NCBI GenBank assembly: GCA_965214705.1
Contig: OZ243972.1
Location: forward strand, 1,536,001 to 1,600,000
Source: Alphaproteobacteria bacterium
GTDB taxonomy: Bacteria; Pseudomonadota; Alphaproteobacteria; UBA828
Direction: 5' to 3'
Length of the DNA: 64,000 nucleotides
Positions 50,271 through 60,103 of the stretch are shown piece after piece. The position numbers were made by a program, and so were the translations under genes. How positions within the stretch are numbered: position 1 is the first letter of the stretch; the number at the start of each line of letters is the position of its first letter. Under the pieces are notes generated by a model. That model was not told where the DNA came from, ran no database searches, and worked only from the letters and a program-made list of their open reading frames with translations.

Positions 50271-50819
50271 GTGACACAGCTCGTCTATGCCGGCATCGGA
50301 TCGCGCGCCACTCCGCGGCCCGTCCTCGAAGCGATGACCACCATGGCCGCCTAGCTCGCACGCCGCGGCTGGCACCTTCACTCCGGCGGAGCTGCCGGGG
50401 CCGACTCGGCATTCGCTGCTGGTGCCACTGCCCGCTCCCGCACCCTGTTCCTGCCGTGGCCCGGATATCGCGGCTGCCGGGGGCCCGACTGCCGCACGCT
50501 CAGCGCCGACCACATGCGCACCTGCCTCGCCATCGCCGCCGATCTGCATCCCGCGTGGCACCGCTGCTCGCCGGCCGCCCGCAAACTGCACGCGCGCAAC
50601 GCGGCGATCCTGCTCGGCCAGGACGCCGACACGCCGGTCCATGCCGTGGTCGCGTGGACTTCGCAGGGCCGCATGTCCGGAGGCACCGGACAGGGTATCC
50701 GCATCGCGCACGATCGCGGCGTTCCGGTGCTGAACCTGGGCTCTATGCACCCGCGCGCGGTGTGCGAGCGGCTCGAGGAGATCCGCGCCGCGGCGTCCCC
50801 CGGCACTCGTCGCGCTTGA
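50271..50819 (+). pseudogene. DprA/SLOG-like protein with an in-frame TAG (50352-50354)
   Basis: YAGIGSRATP...*LARRGWHLHSGGAAGADSAF...LHARN...GGTGQGIRIA. Confidence 0.75.
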
Positions 50820-50853
50820 TCCGTTCCCTCCGCCTGGAAGATGGGAGCATGCC

Positions 50854-51930
50854 ATGATCCGTTTCACGCACGGCGACCTCTTCGCCCAGCCCGTCGAGGC
50901 CATCGTCAATCCCGTCAACTGCGTCGGCGTCGCAGGCGCCGGCCTCGCTTTCCAGTTCAAGCGCCGCCACCCCGACGCCTTCCAGGCCTACCGCCGCGCC
51001 TGCGCCGAGGGCCGGCTGCGGCCGGGCCGCATGTTCGTGTTCGACACGGGTCGCGACACGCCCCGGTGGATCGTCCATTTCCCCACCAAGCGTCACTGGC
51101 GCGACCGCAGCGCGATCGGCGACATCGAGACCGGGCTGCGCGGCCTCGCCGCGACCCTTGCCGGCCACGGCATCCGCTCCGTCGCCATCCCGCCACTCGG
51201 GTGCGGCCTGGGCGGTCTCCACTGGCGCGCGGTGCGCCCTCTCATCTCCGCCTGTCTCGCGGACATGCCGGGCACGGTCATCGTTCTCGAGCCGGCGCCG
51301 GAGGCGGAGCCATGCGCAGGGGCGGGCGTCCGCTTACGGGAGGAGAGAGAGACCATGACCCGCGACACCACGAGCATCTTCGACCACGGCGCCACGCTGG
51401 TGCCCGACGTCGTCACCGAGCCCGAGGAGGAGCGCATCCTGCTGCGCATCTCCCAGGCGCCCTGGATGACCGACCTCAGCCGCCGCGTGCAGCATTACGG
51501 GTTCAATTACAACTACCGTGGCCCGACCAACGGCCGGCACGACCCGGCGCCCCCGTTCCCTAGGTGGGCCGAGGTCATCGGGGCCAGACTCGCACCGTAC
51601 TTCGACGGGGCCATGCCCGAGCAGTGCATCGTCAACGAGTACCGGCCCGGCCAGGGCATCGGCATGCACGCCGATCACGCTTCCTTTGGGCCCGTCGTCG
51701 TGTCGCTCTCGCTCGGCGACGCCTGGACGATGAACTTCCGGCCTCGTTCGGCCCGCCCCTACGTCCGCGACGGGCTGGCGTCCGACGAGGTCGCCCGGCT
51801 GCCGCGACGCTCCGCACTCGTCCTGCGAGGACCTGCCAGGAGCGGATGGATGCACGGGATCGATCCCGCCGCCAACACCGGGCGCAGCGAGACCCGAGTC
51901 TCCGCCACGTTCCGGACCCTGGCCGCTTGA
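50854..51930 (+). CDS. macro domain (DarG-like) fused in frame to an AlkB-like 2OG-Fe(II) dioxygenase
   Basis: IVNPVNCVGVAGAGLA, FPTKRHW, IPPLGCGLGGL; then RRVQHYG, NEYRPGQGIGMHAD, WMHGI, RVSATFR. Confidence 0.85.
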   Translation: MIRFTHGDLFAQPVEAIVNPVNCVGVAGAGLAFQFKRRHPDAFQAYRRACAEGRLRPGRMFVFDTGRDTPRWIVHFPTKRHWRDRSAIGDIETGLRGLAATLAGHGIRSVAIPPLGCGLGGLHWRAVRPLISACLADMPGTVIVLEPAPEAEPCAGAGVRLREERETMTRDTTSIFDHGATLVPDVVTEPEEERILLRISQAPWMTDLSRRVQHYGFNYNYRGPTNGRHDPAPPFPRWAEVIGARLAPYFDGAMPEQCIVNEYRPGQGIGMHADHASFGPVVVSLSLGDAWTMNFRPRSARPYVRDGLASDEVARLPRRSALVLRGPARSGWMHGIDPAANTGRSETRVSATFRTLAA

Positions 51931-52113
51931 TCTCCGCCGGTGTTTTCGTCCGTGCCGCAGGCAAGGCCGTCGGCCACCCGGCAGGCGTTGGGGCGGACGG
52001 CGAAGGAGAGGTTGAGAGGAGCTTTGGAGGGGTGAACGGGAAGGGGACCGAGAGGGGTTCCCGGCCTGTTCGTCAACCCATCGTCATCAACCAGGATGTG
52101 AAGGAGACGAACC

Positions 52114-52569
52114 ATGGCTTTCGGAGAGAACAGGGTCCAGCTGATCGGCCGCCTCGGCGACGACGTCGCCATCAACCACCTGGCCTCCGGCGGGCGCGTT
52201 GCCAACATGAGCATCGCGACCGACGAGAGCTACATCGACAAGCAGACCGGCGAGCGGGTCGACCGGACGGAGTGGCACCGCTGCGTCACCTTCCAAAACG
52301 GGCTGGTCGACATGCTGGAGAAGCACGCGAAGAAGGGCCGGCTGGTCTACGTCGCGGGCAAGCTCCAGACCCGGCGCTGGCGCAAGGACGGCGAGGACTC
52401 CGACCGGTTCTCGACCGAGATCCTGCTGGTCCCCGGCGGGCGCGTCCAGTTCCTCGACAAGCCGGCCGGCGCCAACGGCAACGGCACCCCGCCCGCCAAC
52501 GGTGAGGCGACGGCCACCGCCGACGCCGCCCCGTCCGACACGGACGACGGCTCCGGCATCCCCTTCTAG
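52114..52569 (+). CDS. ssb: single-stranded DNA-binding protein
   Basis: NRVQLIGRLG, TEWH, GKLQTRRW, C-terminal IPF. Confidence 0.95.
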   Translation: MAFGENRVQLIGRLGDDVAINHLASGGRVANMSIATDESYIDKQTGERVDRTEWHRCVTFQNGLVDMLEKHAKKGRLVYVAGKLQTRRWRKDGEDSDRFSTEILLVPGGRVQFLDKPAGANGNGTPPANGEATATADAAPSDTDDGSGIPF

Positions 52570-52593
52570 CGGGCTCCTCCCTCCCGCTGACCC

Positions 52594-52636
52594 TGGCCGG
52601 TTCCGCGCTCCTCCCGCGCGGGACCGGCCATTTTTT
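52594..52636 (+). terminator. intrinsic terminator after ssb
   Basis: TGGCCGGTTCCGCGC/GCGCGGGACCGGCCA stem followed by T6. Confidence 0.75.
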
Positions 52637-52840
52637 CTGCTGCCTTGCCCGAGACGTCCCCGGACGGACGGCACGGCTCGCGCTGCGCGCGGCGCCCGCC
52701 GCCCCGGCGCCGGCAGGAGCCGGAGAGGGGCCGGGACCCGGGCGTCCCCCCGGCAGCCGCGAGCGAGGTGCTCCCATGCTCTCCGATCCTGTCCGTCGTC
52801 CCGGCTTCGCCGGTACCGTCATGCGCGCCGGAGGCGCGCC

Positions 52841-53018
52841 ATGAACGCCACCGCCGTCGCCGCCGCCCTCGGCGCGCGCGCCGAGGAGGTCTGCCGGCGC
52901 TATCTCCCCCACGGCCGAAAGCACGGCCGCTACTGGACCGCCGGCGACGTTCGCGGCGCCCGCGGGCGATCGCTCTTCGTCCGCCTGGCTCCCCCCGGCG
53001 TCCCCGGCAAGTTCACCG
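52841..53018 (+). pseudogene. primase-like (DUF7146-type) gene, truncated by a RIT end
   Basis: AEEVCRRYLPHGRKHGRYWTAGDV...GKFTD; homologous to the N-terminus of 53125-54171. Confidence 0.75.
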
Positions 53019-53124
53019 ATTATGTTGCGCCGGTGGTTATGTTGCGGCCCGGCGCTGGGCGGCGCAGCTGCACGCGCTTTGCGGTTTCTCGGCAACATAA
53101 CCTCAGTCCCGCGGGGAGGGTCGC

Positions 53125-54171
53125 GTGATGCCGCGCGACGCTTCCGAGCTGGCACGGCGCCTCGCGCGCGACGCCGAGGCGGTCTGCCGCCACTATCTGT
53201 CGAAGGGTCGGCGTCAGGGCCGCTACTGGATGGTGGGCGACGTGCGCAACACGCCCGGCCGGTCGATGTACGTGCGGCTGAGCGGGCCGGAGGCCGGCCC
53301 TGGGGCCGCCGGGCGCTGGAGCGATGCGGCCTCGGCCGAGCACGGCGACCTGCTCGACGTGATCCGCGAGAGCTGCGGGCTCACGGAGTTCCGCGAGGTC
53401 GCCGAGGAGGCGCGGCGCTTCCTGTCGCTGCCCCGGGCCGAACCGCCGGTCGCGTCAAGAGCGCCCGCCCCGAGGGGCTCGGCCGAAGCTGCGCGCAGGC
53501 TCTGGGCGATCGCCAGACCGATCGCCGGCACGCTGGCCGAGGCGTACCTGCGCAACCGCGGGATCGTACATCTGACGAGCTGCGAAGCGCTCCGCTTCCA
53601 TCCGCGCTGCTGGTATCGCCCGGATGGGCATGCGCCGACCGAGACCTGGCCGGCGATGATCGCCGCCGTCACCGACCTCTCGGGCGCGATCACCGGCGTG
53701 CATCGCACCTGGATCGCCCCGGACGGGTTGGGCAAGGCGCCGATCGATACGCCGCGACGCGCGATGGGCGACCTTCTCGGCCATGCCGTCCGGTTCGGTG
53801 CGGCCGGCAACGTCCTCGCCGCCGGCGAAGGCATCGAGACGATGCTGTCGCTGCGATGCGCGCTGCCCGCCATGCCCATGGCGGCGGCGCTCTCGGCGAA
53901 CCACCTCGCCGCCCTCGAACTGGCTGCCGGTCTGCGACGGCTCTACATCGCGCGAGACAACGATCCCGCAGGCGATACGGCGGTCGCGGTGCTCACCGAA
54001 CGAGCCGAAGCGGCCGGCATCGAAGCGCTAGCCCTCGCTCCGCGCCTCGGCGACCTCAACGAGGATCTGCAAGCGTTCGACTTGGGCGCCGTCCGCGCAT
54101 TTGTGCGCATCCAACTCGCCCCCGAGGACGCGGTTCGCTTCATGCGCCGGCGGACAGTTGGGACGGGGTGA
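53125..54171 (+). CDS. primase-like Toprim protein (DUF7146-type), copy A
   Basis: YLRNRGI, LRFHP, GVHRTW, AGEGIET, IARDND, DLNEDL. Confidence 0.85.
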   Translation: MMPRDASELARRLARDAEAVCRHYLSKGRRQGRYWMVGDVRNTPGRSMYVRLSGPEAGPGAAGRWSDAASAEHGDLLDVIRESCGLTEFREVAEEARRFLSLPRAEPPVASRAPAPRGSAEAARRLWAIARPIAGTLAEAYLRNRGIVHLTSCEALRFHPRCWYRPDGHAPTETWPAMIAAVTDLSGAITGVHRTWIAPDGLGKAPIDTPRRAMGDLLGHAVRFGAAGNVLAAGEGIETMLSLRCALPAMPMAAALSANHLAALELAAGLRRLYIARDNDPAGDTAVAVLTERAEAAGIEALALAPRLGDLNEDLQAFDLGAVRAFVRIQLAPEDAVRFMRRRTVGTG

Positions 54172-54195
54172 CCGAGGCCGGTGCCCCGTCGCCGC

Positions 54196-55191
54196 TTACA
54201 ACGCCTTCAGGAAGGCCATGAGGTCCTTGTCCTCCTTCCATGACCGAGCGGGTCGCGGCTGGCCCACCTCGCACATCGCGACGGCGTTGGCCTTCAGCGT
54301 CAGGTCGATCTCGGTATAGATGTTGGTCGTGCTGATCGAGACGTGTCCGAGCCAGGCACGGATGGTGTTGATGTCCACATCGGCGAGGGCCAGGTGGCAG
54401 GCCGTGGTGTGCCGGATCACGTGCGGCGTCACCGTCCGATCGGCCAGTTCCGGGACCTGGGCCGCACACCGCTCGATCAGCCGATAGACGCCGAAGCGGG
54501 TGAACGGTGTCCCGAGCCGGCTGACGAACACCGCGTCATCGCCTGCGCGATCGCTGATCTCCTCCGCGAGTACGCGCTCGGTTTCCGGCCATAGCGGGCA
54601 CTGGCGCGTCTTGCCGCCCTTGCCGTGCAAGGTGGCGAGATCGTGCCCGCCTTTCCGCGTTCCGATCTGCAGATCGCATACCCTCAGCTGGATGGCCTCG
54701 GACACTCTTGCGCCGGTGTTGTACAGGAAGAGCATAAGCGCGTACTCGCTCCGGCCCCGCCGGGTCTTGCGGTCGGGCGTCGCCAGCATCGCCTCCATCT
54801 CCGCCCGGGTCAGCCATCCGACCGGCGGCGGCACCGATCTCTTCGACGCGATCGCCCGGATATGACCGCACCATTCGACATGGACCGGGTCGCGGCTGCC
54901 GACGAAGCGCGCGAAGGCCTGGATCGCAGCCAGTCGCTGATTGCGAGTCCGGACGGAGCAACCTCGATCCGTCTCGACATGGGCGAGGAACTCCCGCACG
55001 CATCCGGATGTGATGTCCCATACCGCGAGCCGGTCTACGGGCTTGCGCACCTTTCGGCTGACGAAGGGCAACAACAGGCGGAAGGTGTCGCGGTAGCTCT
55101 TGCGGGTGTTCCTGGCCAGATTGCGTTCGGTGACGATGTGCTCGGTGAAGAACCGGCGGAGCCACGGGCCGAGGGTTGCGGGCTCAGGCAT
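54196..55191 (-). CDS. RIT tyrosine recombinase C
   Basis: LYNTGARVSE, GKGGK, PHVIRHT, WLGH, NIY. Confidence 0.9.
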   Translation of the reverse strand: MPEPATLGPWLRRFFTEHIVTERNLARNTRKSYRDTFRLLLPFVSRKVRKPVDRLAVWDITSGCVREFLAHVETDRGCSVRTRNQRLAAIQAFARFVGSRDPVHVEWCGHIRAIASKRSVPPPVGWLTRAEMEAMLATPDRKTRRGRSEYALMLFLYNTGARVSEAIQLRVCDLQIGTRKGGHDLATLHGKGGKTRQCPLWPETERVLAEEISDRAGDDAVFVSRLGTPFTRFGVYRLIERCAAQVPELADRTVTPHVIRHTTACHLALADVDINTIRAWLGHVSISTTNIYTEIDLTLKANAVAMCEVGQPRPARSWKEDKDLMAFLKAL

Positions 55192-56134
55192 GCCGACCTC
55201 CCGCCGCATAGCGGGCGAACCGTAGCGACGCCTCTTCCAGGAGCTCCGGCGTCATCGACAGATAGATCTTCGTGCCCTCCAGATCGGCGTGACCGAGATA
55301 GGTGGAGAGCACCGGCAGCAGCCGTTGCACATCAGCGCCTTGCCGATACCAGCTCGTCAGGCGGTGGACGGCGAAGCTGTGCCGCAGATCGTGCAGCCGC
55401 GGGATCGTCCGCCCCGCCGCGGGACGGTGGACCCCGGCGAGGCGCCTCAGCGTGTCGAACGCGGCCAGCACCGTGCTACTGGCGAGCCGCGTCCCGTCCC
55501 GGTTCGCCAGGAGCAACGCGTCCCGGCCTTCCACCAGTCCGGCGCGCTGGCGCAGGGTCACGTGGCTTCCCAGAAGCGCTGCAAGCTGAGGGCCGACCGG
55601 GACCAGCCGGCTCTTGTAGAACTTGGTGGCCCGGATGGTCAGGACGGCGTTCGCCAGATCGACGTCGGCAAGGGAGAGGCGAGTCGCCTCCCCGAATCGT
55701 AGGCCCGCGCCGTACAAGAGCAGAAGCAGCGTCCGGAACGTCACCGCGTCCAGCTGGACTGCGCGGCGCCGGCTCGCTTCCACGGTCGCGGGGTCGAACA
55801 GGCGCGCAAGTTCGTCGCGCGAGTAGATGTAGGGCGGCGCTCGGACGGGCGATCTCGGTGCGTCGGCCGGCATCGGTGAGCGGGACGCATGGCCGCGGCT
55901 GATCGCATGGCGCCAGAAGCCGGCAAGCGCATAGTATCTGTTCTCGCAGTGGCGCCTCGACACGCCTTCGCCCGCGAGATACGCCCGTACCTGCCCGGCG
56001 TTGATCGCGTCGCAGGCGGCTTCGCCATCGGCATGGTGAAGGAAGCCGCGCAACAAGCTCGCGCCGCTCGTGAACTTCGCGCCGTGAGCCTGTCGCCAGA
56101 GCACGTAGCGTTCGATCGCTTCTCGCAGGTTCAT
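55184..56134 (-). CDS. RIT tyrosine recombinase B
   Basis: PYIYS, GLRFGE, TKFYKSR, HDLRHSFAV, LSTYLGH, IYL. Confidence 0.9.
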   Translation of the reverse strand: MNLREAIERYVLWRQAHGAKFTSGASLLRGFLHHADGEAACDAINAGQVRAYLAGEGVSRRHCENRYYALAGFWRHAISRGHASRSPMPADAPRSPVRAPPYIYSRDELARLFDPATVEASRRRAVQLDAVTFRTLLLLLYGAGLRFGEATRLSLADVDLANAVLTIRATKFYKSRLVPVGPQLAALLGSHVTLRQRAGLVEGRDALLLANRDGTRLASSTVLAAFDTLRRLAGVHRPAAGRTIPRLHDLRHSFAVHRLTSWYRQGADVQRLLPVLSTYLGHADLEGTKIYLSMTPELLEEASLRFARYAAGGRHA

Positions 56135-57378
56135 ACCAGGCCCTCCATGTCGAGAGCCGCTACTTCGCGAAGCGCAGCGAGGTCGACCTTGGCGTAGATG
56201 GTGGTGGAGGTCGGATCTCGGTGCCCGAGGAAGTCGCCGATCACCTTCATCGACGTGCCCCGATCCAGCAGATGCTGGGCTGCGGCATGCCGCAGGGCGT
56301 GAGCCCCGCGTCGCCCGGTGACGACGCCGATGCCAGCCAGCCGATCGCGGACGATCTTGCCCAAGGCCTTCCGGTCGAGCGGTCGGATCGGCGCGCGTGT
56401 TGTCAAGAAGAGACTGCGCCCGAAGCCGGACGGCCGCGCCTCCCTGATGTAGCACAGGATGGCGTGGCCCACGCCCTGCGACAGCGGCCACAGATGAGTG
56501 CGTCCCGGTTTCGGACAGCGGACCCGGAGCATCGCGTTCTCCCAGTCCAGGTCATCGAGCTGCAGCCCGCCGACCTCTGCCGTCCGAAGCCCGTATGCGA
56601 TGAACAGCATCAGGATCGCCCGATCGCGCTTGTCGATGGCCCGGTCGCCCGTAACCGACGCCAGCAAGCGCACGACATCCTCGCGCGGCAGCCCCTTGGG
56701 CACGGCCTCGTCGGCCATGAAGCGGGGCGCCACGATGCCCGCGGCAAGGCCCTCTCGGCACCAGCCGCGCATCTCGGCGAACAGGAAGAACGCTCTCAGC
56801 CGCTGCGCATAATCATGCCGCGTCCGGCGGCTCCAGGCACCCCGCTCATGCTCCGCCGCCATGGCATCGTCGATGTCGGTCATGCCGACCGCGCTCAACT
56901 GCACGCCCTTGGCAGCCAGGTGCAGGAAGAAGTGGTCGGCCGCTTTGCAATAGCTCTGCACGGTCGCATCGGAGAGCCCGTGTTCCTCGCGCGACCATCG
57001 TGCGAAGGCCTGGACCTCGGCGTGATGCGGATGGCGGTCGTCATCGACCTCGTCGAGCCAGCCCAGGAAAGCGAGCCAGCGAACACCGTGGCTGACGAAG
57101 CGGTCGCGCGTCTTCGGTGTTGCGGCTCGGTCGCACCGACGACCTCCGGGCCGCGCCCATATCGTCGCGGCTGCCTCGATCCGCGACCGGTCCACCGGTT
57201 CGCCATCTTCGAGGTTGAGAAGACGCACCAGACTCAGCTGATCGTTGGCGCACTTGCGCAAGGTCGACCGTCTCGCGCCGGTCGCCTTGAGATGAGCGAG
57301 GTATCGCTCCCGCTGCTCCACCAGCGGCGCCTCTCGATACTTGTCGGCGGTGTAGGGGAAGAAGATGTCATCGAACAT
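56131..57378 (-). CDS. RIT tyrosine recombinase A
   Basis: YGLRTAEV, HALRHA, IGDFLGH, IYAKVD. Confidence 0.9.
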   Translation of the reverse strand: MFDDIFFPYTADKYREAPLVEQRERYLAHLKATGARRSTLRKCANDQLSLVRLLNLEDGEPVDRSRIEAAATIWARPGGRRCDRAATPKTRDRFVSHGVRWLAFLGWLDEVDDDRHPHHAEVQAFARWSREEHGLSDATVQSYCKAADHFFLHLAAKGVQLSAVGMTDIDDAMAAEHERGAWSRRTRHDYAQRLRAFFLFAEMRGWCREGLAAGIVAPRFMADEAVPKGLPREDVVRLLASVTGDRAIDKRDRAILMLFIAYGLRTAEVGGLQLDDLDWENAMLRVRCPKPGRTHLWPLSQGVGHAILCYIREARPSGFGRSLFLTTRAPIRPLDRKALGKIVRDRLAGIGVVTGRRGAHALRHAAAQHLLDRGTSMKVIGDFLGHRDPTSTTIYAKVDLAALREVAALDMEGLV

Positions 57379-57434
57379 GTTGGCCTCCTTGTGGTTGGAG
57401 GCGCGAGTTTCCCGACGATGCAGGGTGATGGAAG

Positions 57435-58463
57435 CTATGTTGATCCCACGAGGGGCCTATCGGTCAGCGCGAGTTGGGTATGCAGGCGGCCACTCAGCAC
57501 CTCGACGCCGAGCCGGCGCAGGTCGCCGTTGAAGTCGTCCAGCGCGGGCACGAGCGTCAGCGCCTCGACGCCAGCGCCCCGCGCGCGATCGGCCAGGGTT
57601 CCCGCCGCACGCCGTCCTGCGGGATCGTTGTCTCGCGCGATGTAGAGCCGTCGCAGACCGGCAGCCAGTTCGAGGGCGGCGAGGTGGTTCGCCGAGAGCG
57701 CCGCCGCCATGGGCATGGCGGGCAGCGCGCATCGCAGCGACAGCATCGTCTCGATGCCTTCGCCGGCGGCGAGGACGTTGCCGGCCGCACCGAACCGGAC
57801 GGCATGGCCGAGAAGGTCGCCCATCGCGCGTCGCGGCGTATCGATCGGCGCCTTGCCCAACCCGTCCGGGGCGATCCAGGTGCGATGCACGCCGGTGATC
57901 GCGCCCGAGAGGTCGGTGACGGCGGCGATCATCGCCGGCCAGGTCTCGGTCGGCGCATGCCCATCCGGGCGATACCAGCAGCGCGGATGGAAGCGGAGCG
58001 CTTCGCAGCTCGTCAGATGTACGATCCCGCGGTTGCGCAGGTACGCCTCGGCCAGCGTGCCGGCGATCGGTCTGGCGATCGCCCAGAGCCTGCGCGCAGC
58101 TTCGGCCGAGCCCCTCGGGGCGGGCGCTCTTGACGCGACCGGCGGTTCGGCCCGGGGCAGCGACAGGAAGCGCCGCGCCTCCTCGGCGACCTCGCGGAAC
58201 TCCGTGAGCCCGCAGCTCTCGCGGATCACGTCGAGCAGGTCGCCGTGCTCGGCCGAGGCCGCATCGCTCCAGCGCCCGGCGGCCCCAGGGCCGGCCTCCG
58301 GCCCGCTCAGCCGCACGTACATCGACCGGCCGGGCGTGTTGCGCACGTCGCCCACCATCCAGTAGCGGCCCTGACGCCGACCCTTCGACAGATAGTGGCG
58401 GCAGACCGCCTCGGCGTCGCGCGCGAGGCGCCGTGCCAGCTCGGAAGCGTCGCGCGGCATCAC
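57435..58463 (-). CDS. primase-like Toprim protein, copy B with a different C-terminus
   Basis: Identical to copy A up to RDNDPAG, then a divergent but homologous tail (DDFNGDL). Confidence 0.8.
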   Translation of the reverse strand: MMPRDASELARRLARDAEAVCRHYLSKGRRQGRYWMVGDVRNTPGRSMYVRLSGPEAGPGAAGRWSDAASAEHGDLLDVIRESCGLTEFREVAEEARRFLSLPRAEPPVASRAPAPRGSAEAARRLWAIARPIAGTLAEAYLRNRGIVHLTSCEALRFHPRCWYRPDGHAPTETWPAMIAAVTDLSGAITGVHRTWIAPDGLGKAPIDTPRRAMGDLLGHAVRFGAAGNVLAAGEGIETMLSLRCALPAMPMAAALSANHLAALELAAGLRRLYIARDNDPAGRRAAGTLADRARGAGVEALTLVPALDDFNGDLRRLGVEVLSGRLHTQLALTDRPLVGST

Positions 58464-58879
58464 GCGACCCTCCCCGCGGGACTGAGGTTATGTTGCCGAG
58501 AAACCGCAAAGCGCGTGCAGCTGCGCCGCCCAGCGCCGGGCCGCAACATAACCACCGGCGCAACATAATGAATTGGCCTGTATCGGTCGTGCGCAGCAGG
58601 ACCGATACAGGCATTGAGCTGAGCCGCGCTGCACGGCCGTAGTGCCGGGCTATGGGGAAAGTAACCGCTGGGTGGGAGCCGATTAGGCCGAAGCGGTGCA
58701 ACCTGTTGGTGTCGCTGGCGGCGCCGGCACTCTGAATCTCCACTTATCAGGTTGCGACGCGGCTGTGCAGGGGCTCGCGACGATGTTTCGCCGCCGGGCA
58801 GCACGAAGCGGGCGCAGGAGCGGTCGCGGCGCGGCGGCCGGGGGGACTGTTGTCGGACCTTGTCGGTTCTGACGCATCG

Positions 58880-60100
58880 TCACGGCGGTCGGGTATTCGT
58901 CGCCCGCATGGCTGCTTGGGGCTGCGGCTCAAGAATGACGGTTTGCCGCAGCGTTGCCTCGCCGCACTGGCGGCACACGGTGATGTCGATCCCCGTCAGT
59001 CGCAGCATCATCTGCTGCGTCGTTTCCGGCTCCCGCGGTTCAGGGGCAGGCTGGCCGAGCAGGTCTCGGCAGCGGGCGAGCTTGCGAGCCCGGCAGCGAT
59101 TGGCGAGCAAGCCGTAGTGGCGCAGGCGGGTGAAGCCGCGCGGGAGGACGTGCAGGAGGAAGCGGCGGATGAACTCGTCGACGTCGAGACGCATCACCTT
59201 GACCTTGTTGCCGTCAGCGTAGTCGCGCCAACGGAAGCGAACGTGCTCGCCGTCGAAGTCGACGAGGCGATGATTGGCGATGGCAGCCTTGTGGGTGTAG
59301 CGCCCGAGATAGGCCAGAACGTGCCCGGCGCCGGCGAACGGGGCCTTGGTGTAGACCACCCAGTCGTTCGACCGCAGCGCGGTCTTCAGACACTCGAACT
59401 CGCGGCTGTCGTCACCACCGCCGACGACCTTGAGCCGGAGTTCGCCGTCGCGGTGCGCGGCGCCGAGGAAGTCGAGATACTTGCCGCGGAAGACCTTCGA
59501 GAGCGCGACCGTGGGGAACAGGAAGCCCTTGCGCGCGGGAGTGAGCCAGCGCTCTCTGTCCGGGCTCAGACCGCCGTCGGTGACGATACAGTGGACATGG
59601 ATGTGCTGTCCCAGATTCTGCCCCCAAGTGTGCAGCACCATGGTGATGCCGAGCTCGCCGCCGAGCCAGCGGGGATTGCGGCCGAACTCGAGCAGGGTCT
59701 GGGAGGCGGCCTTGAAGAGCAGCCTGTAGATGAGCGCGGTATTGCCCTGGGCCACGGGGTTGAGCTCGTGGGGCAGGGTGAACACGACATGCCAGTAGTC
59801 GATGTCGAGCAGATCGGCGCACTGACGCTCAACCCACCTGGTCTGCGAGAGGGTCTGGCACTTGGGGCAATGACGGTTCCGGCACGAGGCGTACTGGATC
59901 GTCACCGCCCCGCAGTGATCGCATTCTGCCTTGAACCCGCCGAGCACAGCGGTGCGGCAGTTCACCAGCGCGTCGACGACCCTCTGCTGCTGGGCCGAGA
60001 GCAGATGTGTCTCGCCATAGGCGTCGCCGCGCTCGCGCAGGATGTCCGCGACCTCCAGCGCCGGCCGTGTGGCTGGCGCCGCGTGGCCGACATGAGCCAC
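58880..60100 (-). CDS. IS91-like (Y2 HUH) transposase with Zn-binding domain
   Basis: CRT..LGG, SCRNRHCPKC, HVVFTLP, LHTWG...HIHVHC, YLGRY. Confidence 0.92.
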   Translation of the reverse strand: MAHVGHAAPATRPALEVADILRERGDAYGETHLLSAQQQRVVDALVNCRTAVLGGFKAECDHCGAVTIQYASCRNRHCPKCQTLSQTRWVERQCADLLDIDYWHVVFTLPHELNPVAQGNTALIYRLLFKAASQTLLEFGRNPRWLGGELGITMVLHTWGQNLGQHIHVHCIVTDGGLSPDRERWLTPARKGFLFPTVALSKVFRGKYLDFLGAAHRDGELRLKVVGGGDDSREFECLKTALRSNDWVVYTKAPFAGAGHVLAYLGRYTHKAAIANHRLVDFDGEHVRFRWRDYADGNKVKVMRLDVDEFIRRFLLHVLPRGFTRLRHYGLLANRCRARKLARCRDLLGQPAPEPREPETTQQMMLRLTGIDITVCRQCGEATLRQTVILEPQPQAAMRATNTRPP

Positions 60101-60103
60101 CGG

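Larger units (their letters stand above)
53019..58569. mobile_element. RIT element with 954-bp terminal inverted repeats containing primase-like genes
   Basis: 53019-53972 is the reverse complement of 57616-58569; TTATGTTG/CAACATAA repeats at both tips; three recombinases inside. Confidence 0.8.
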
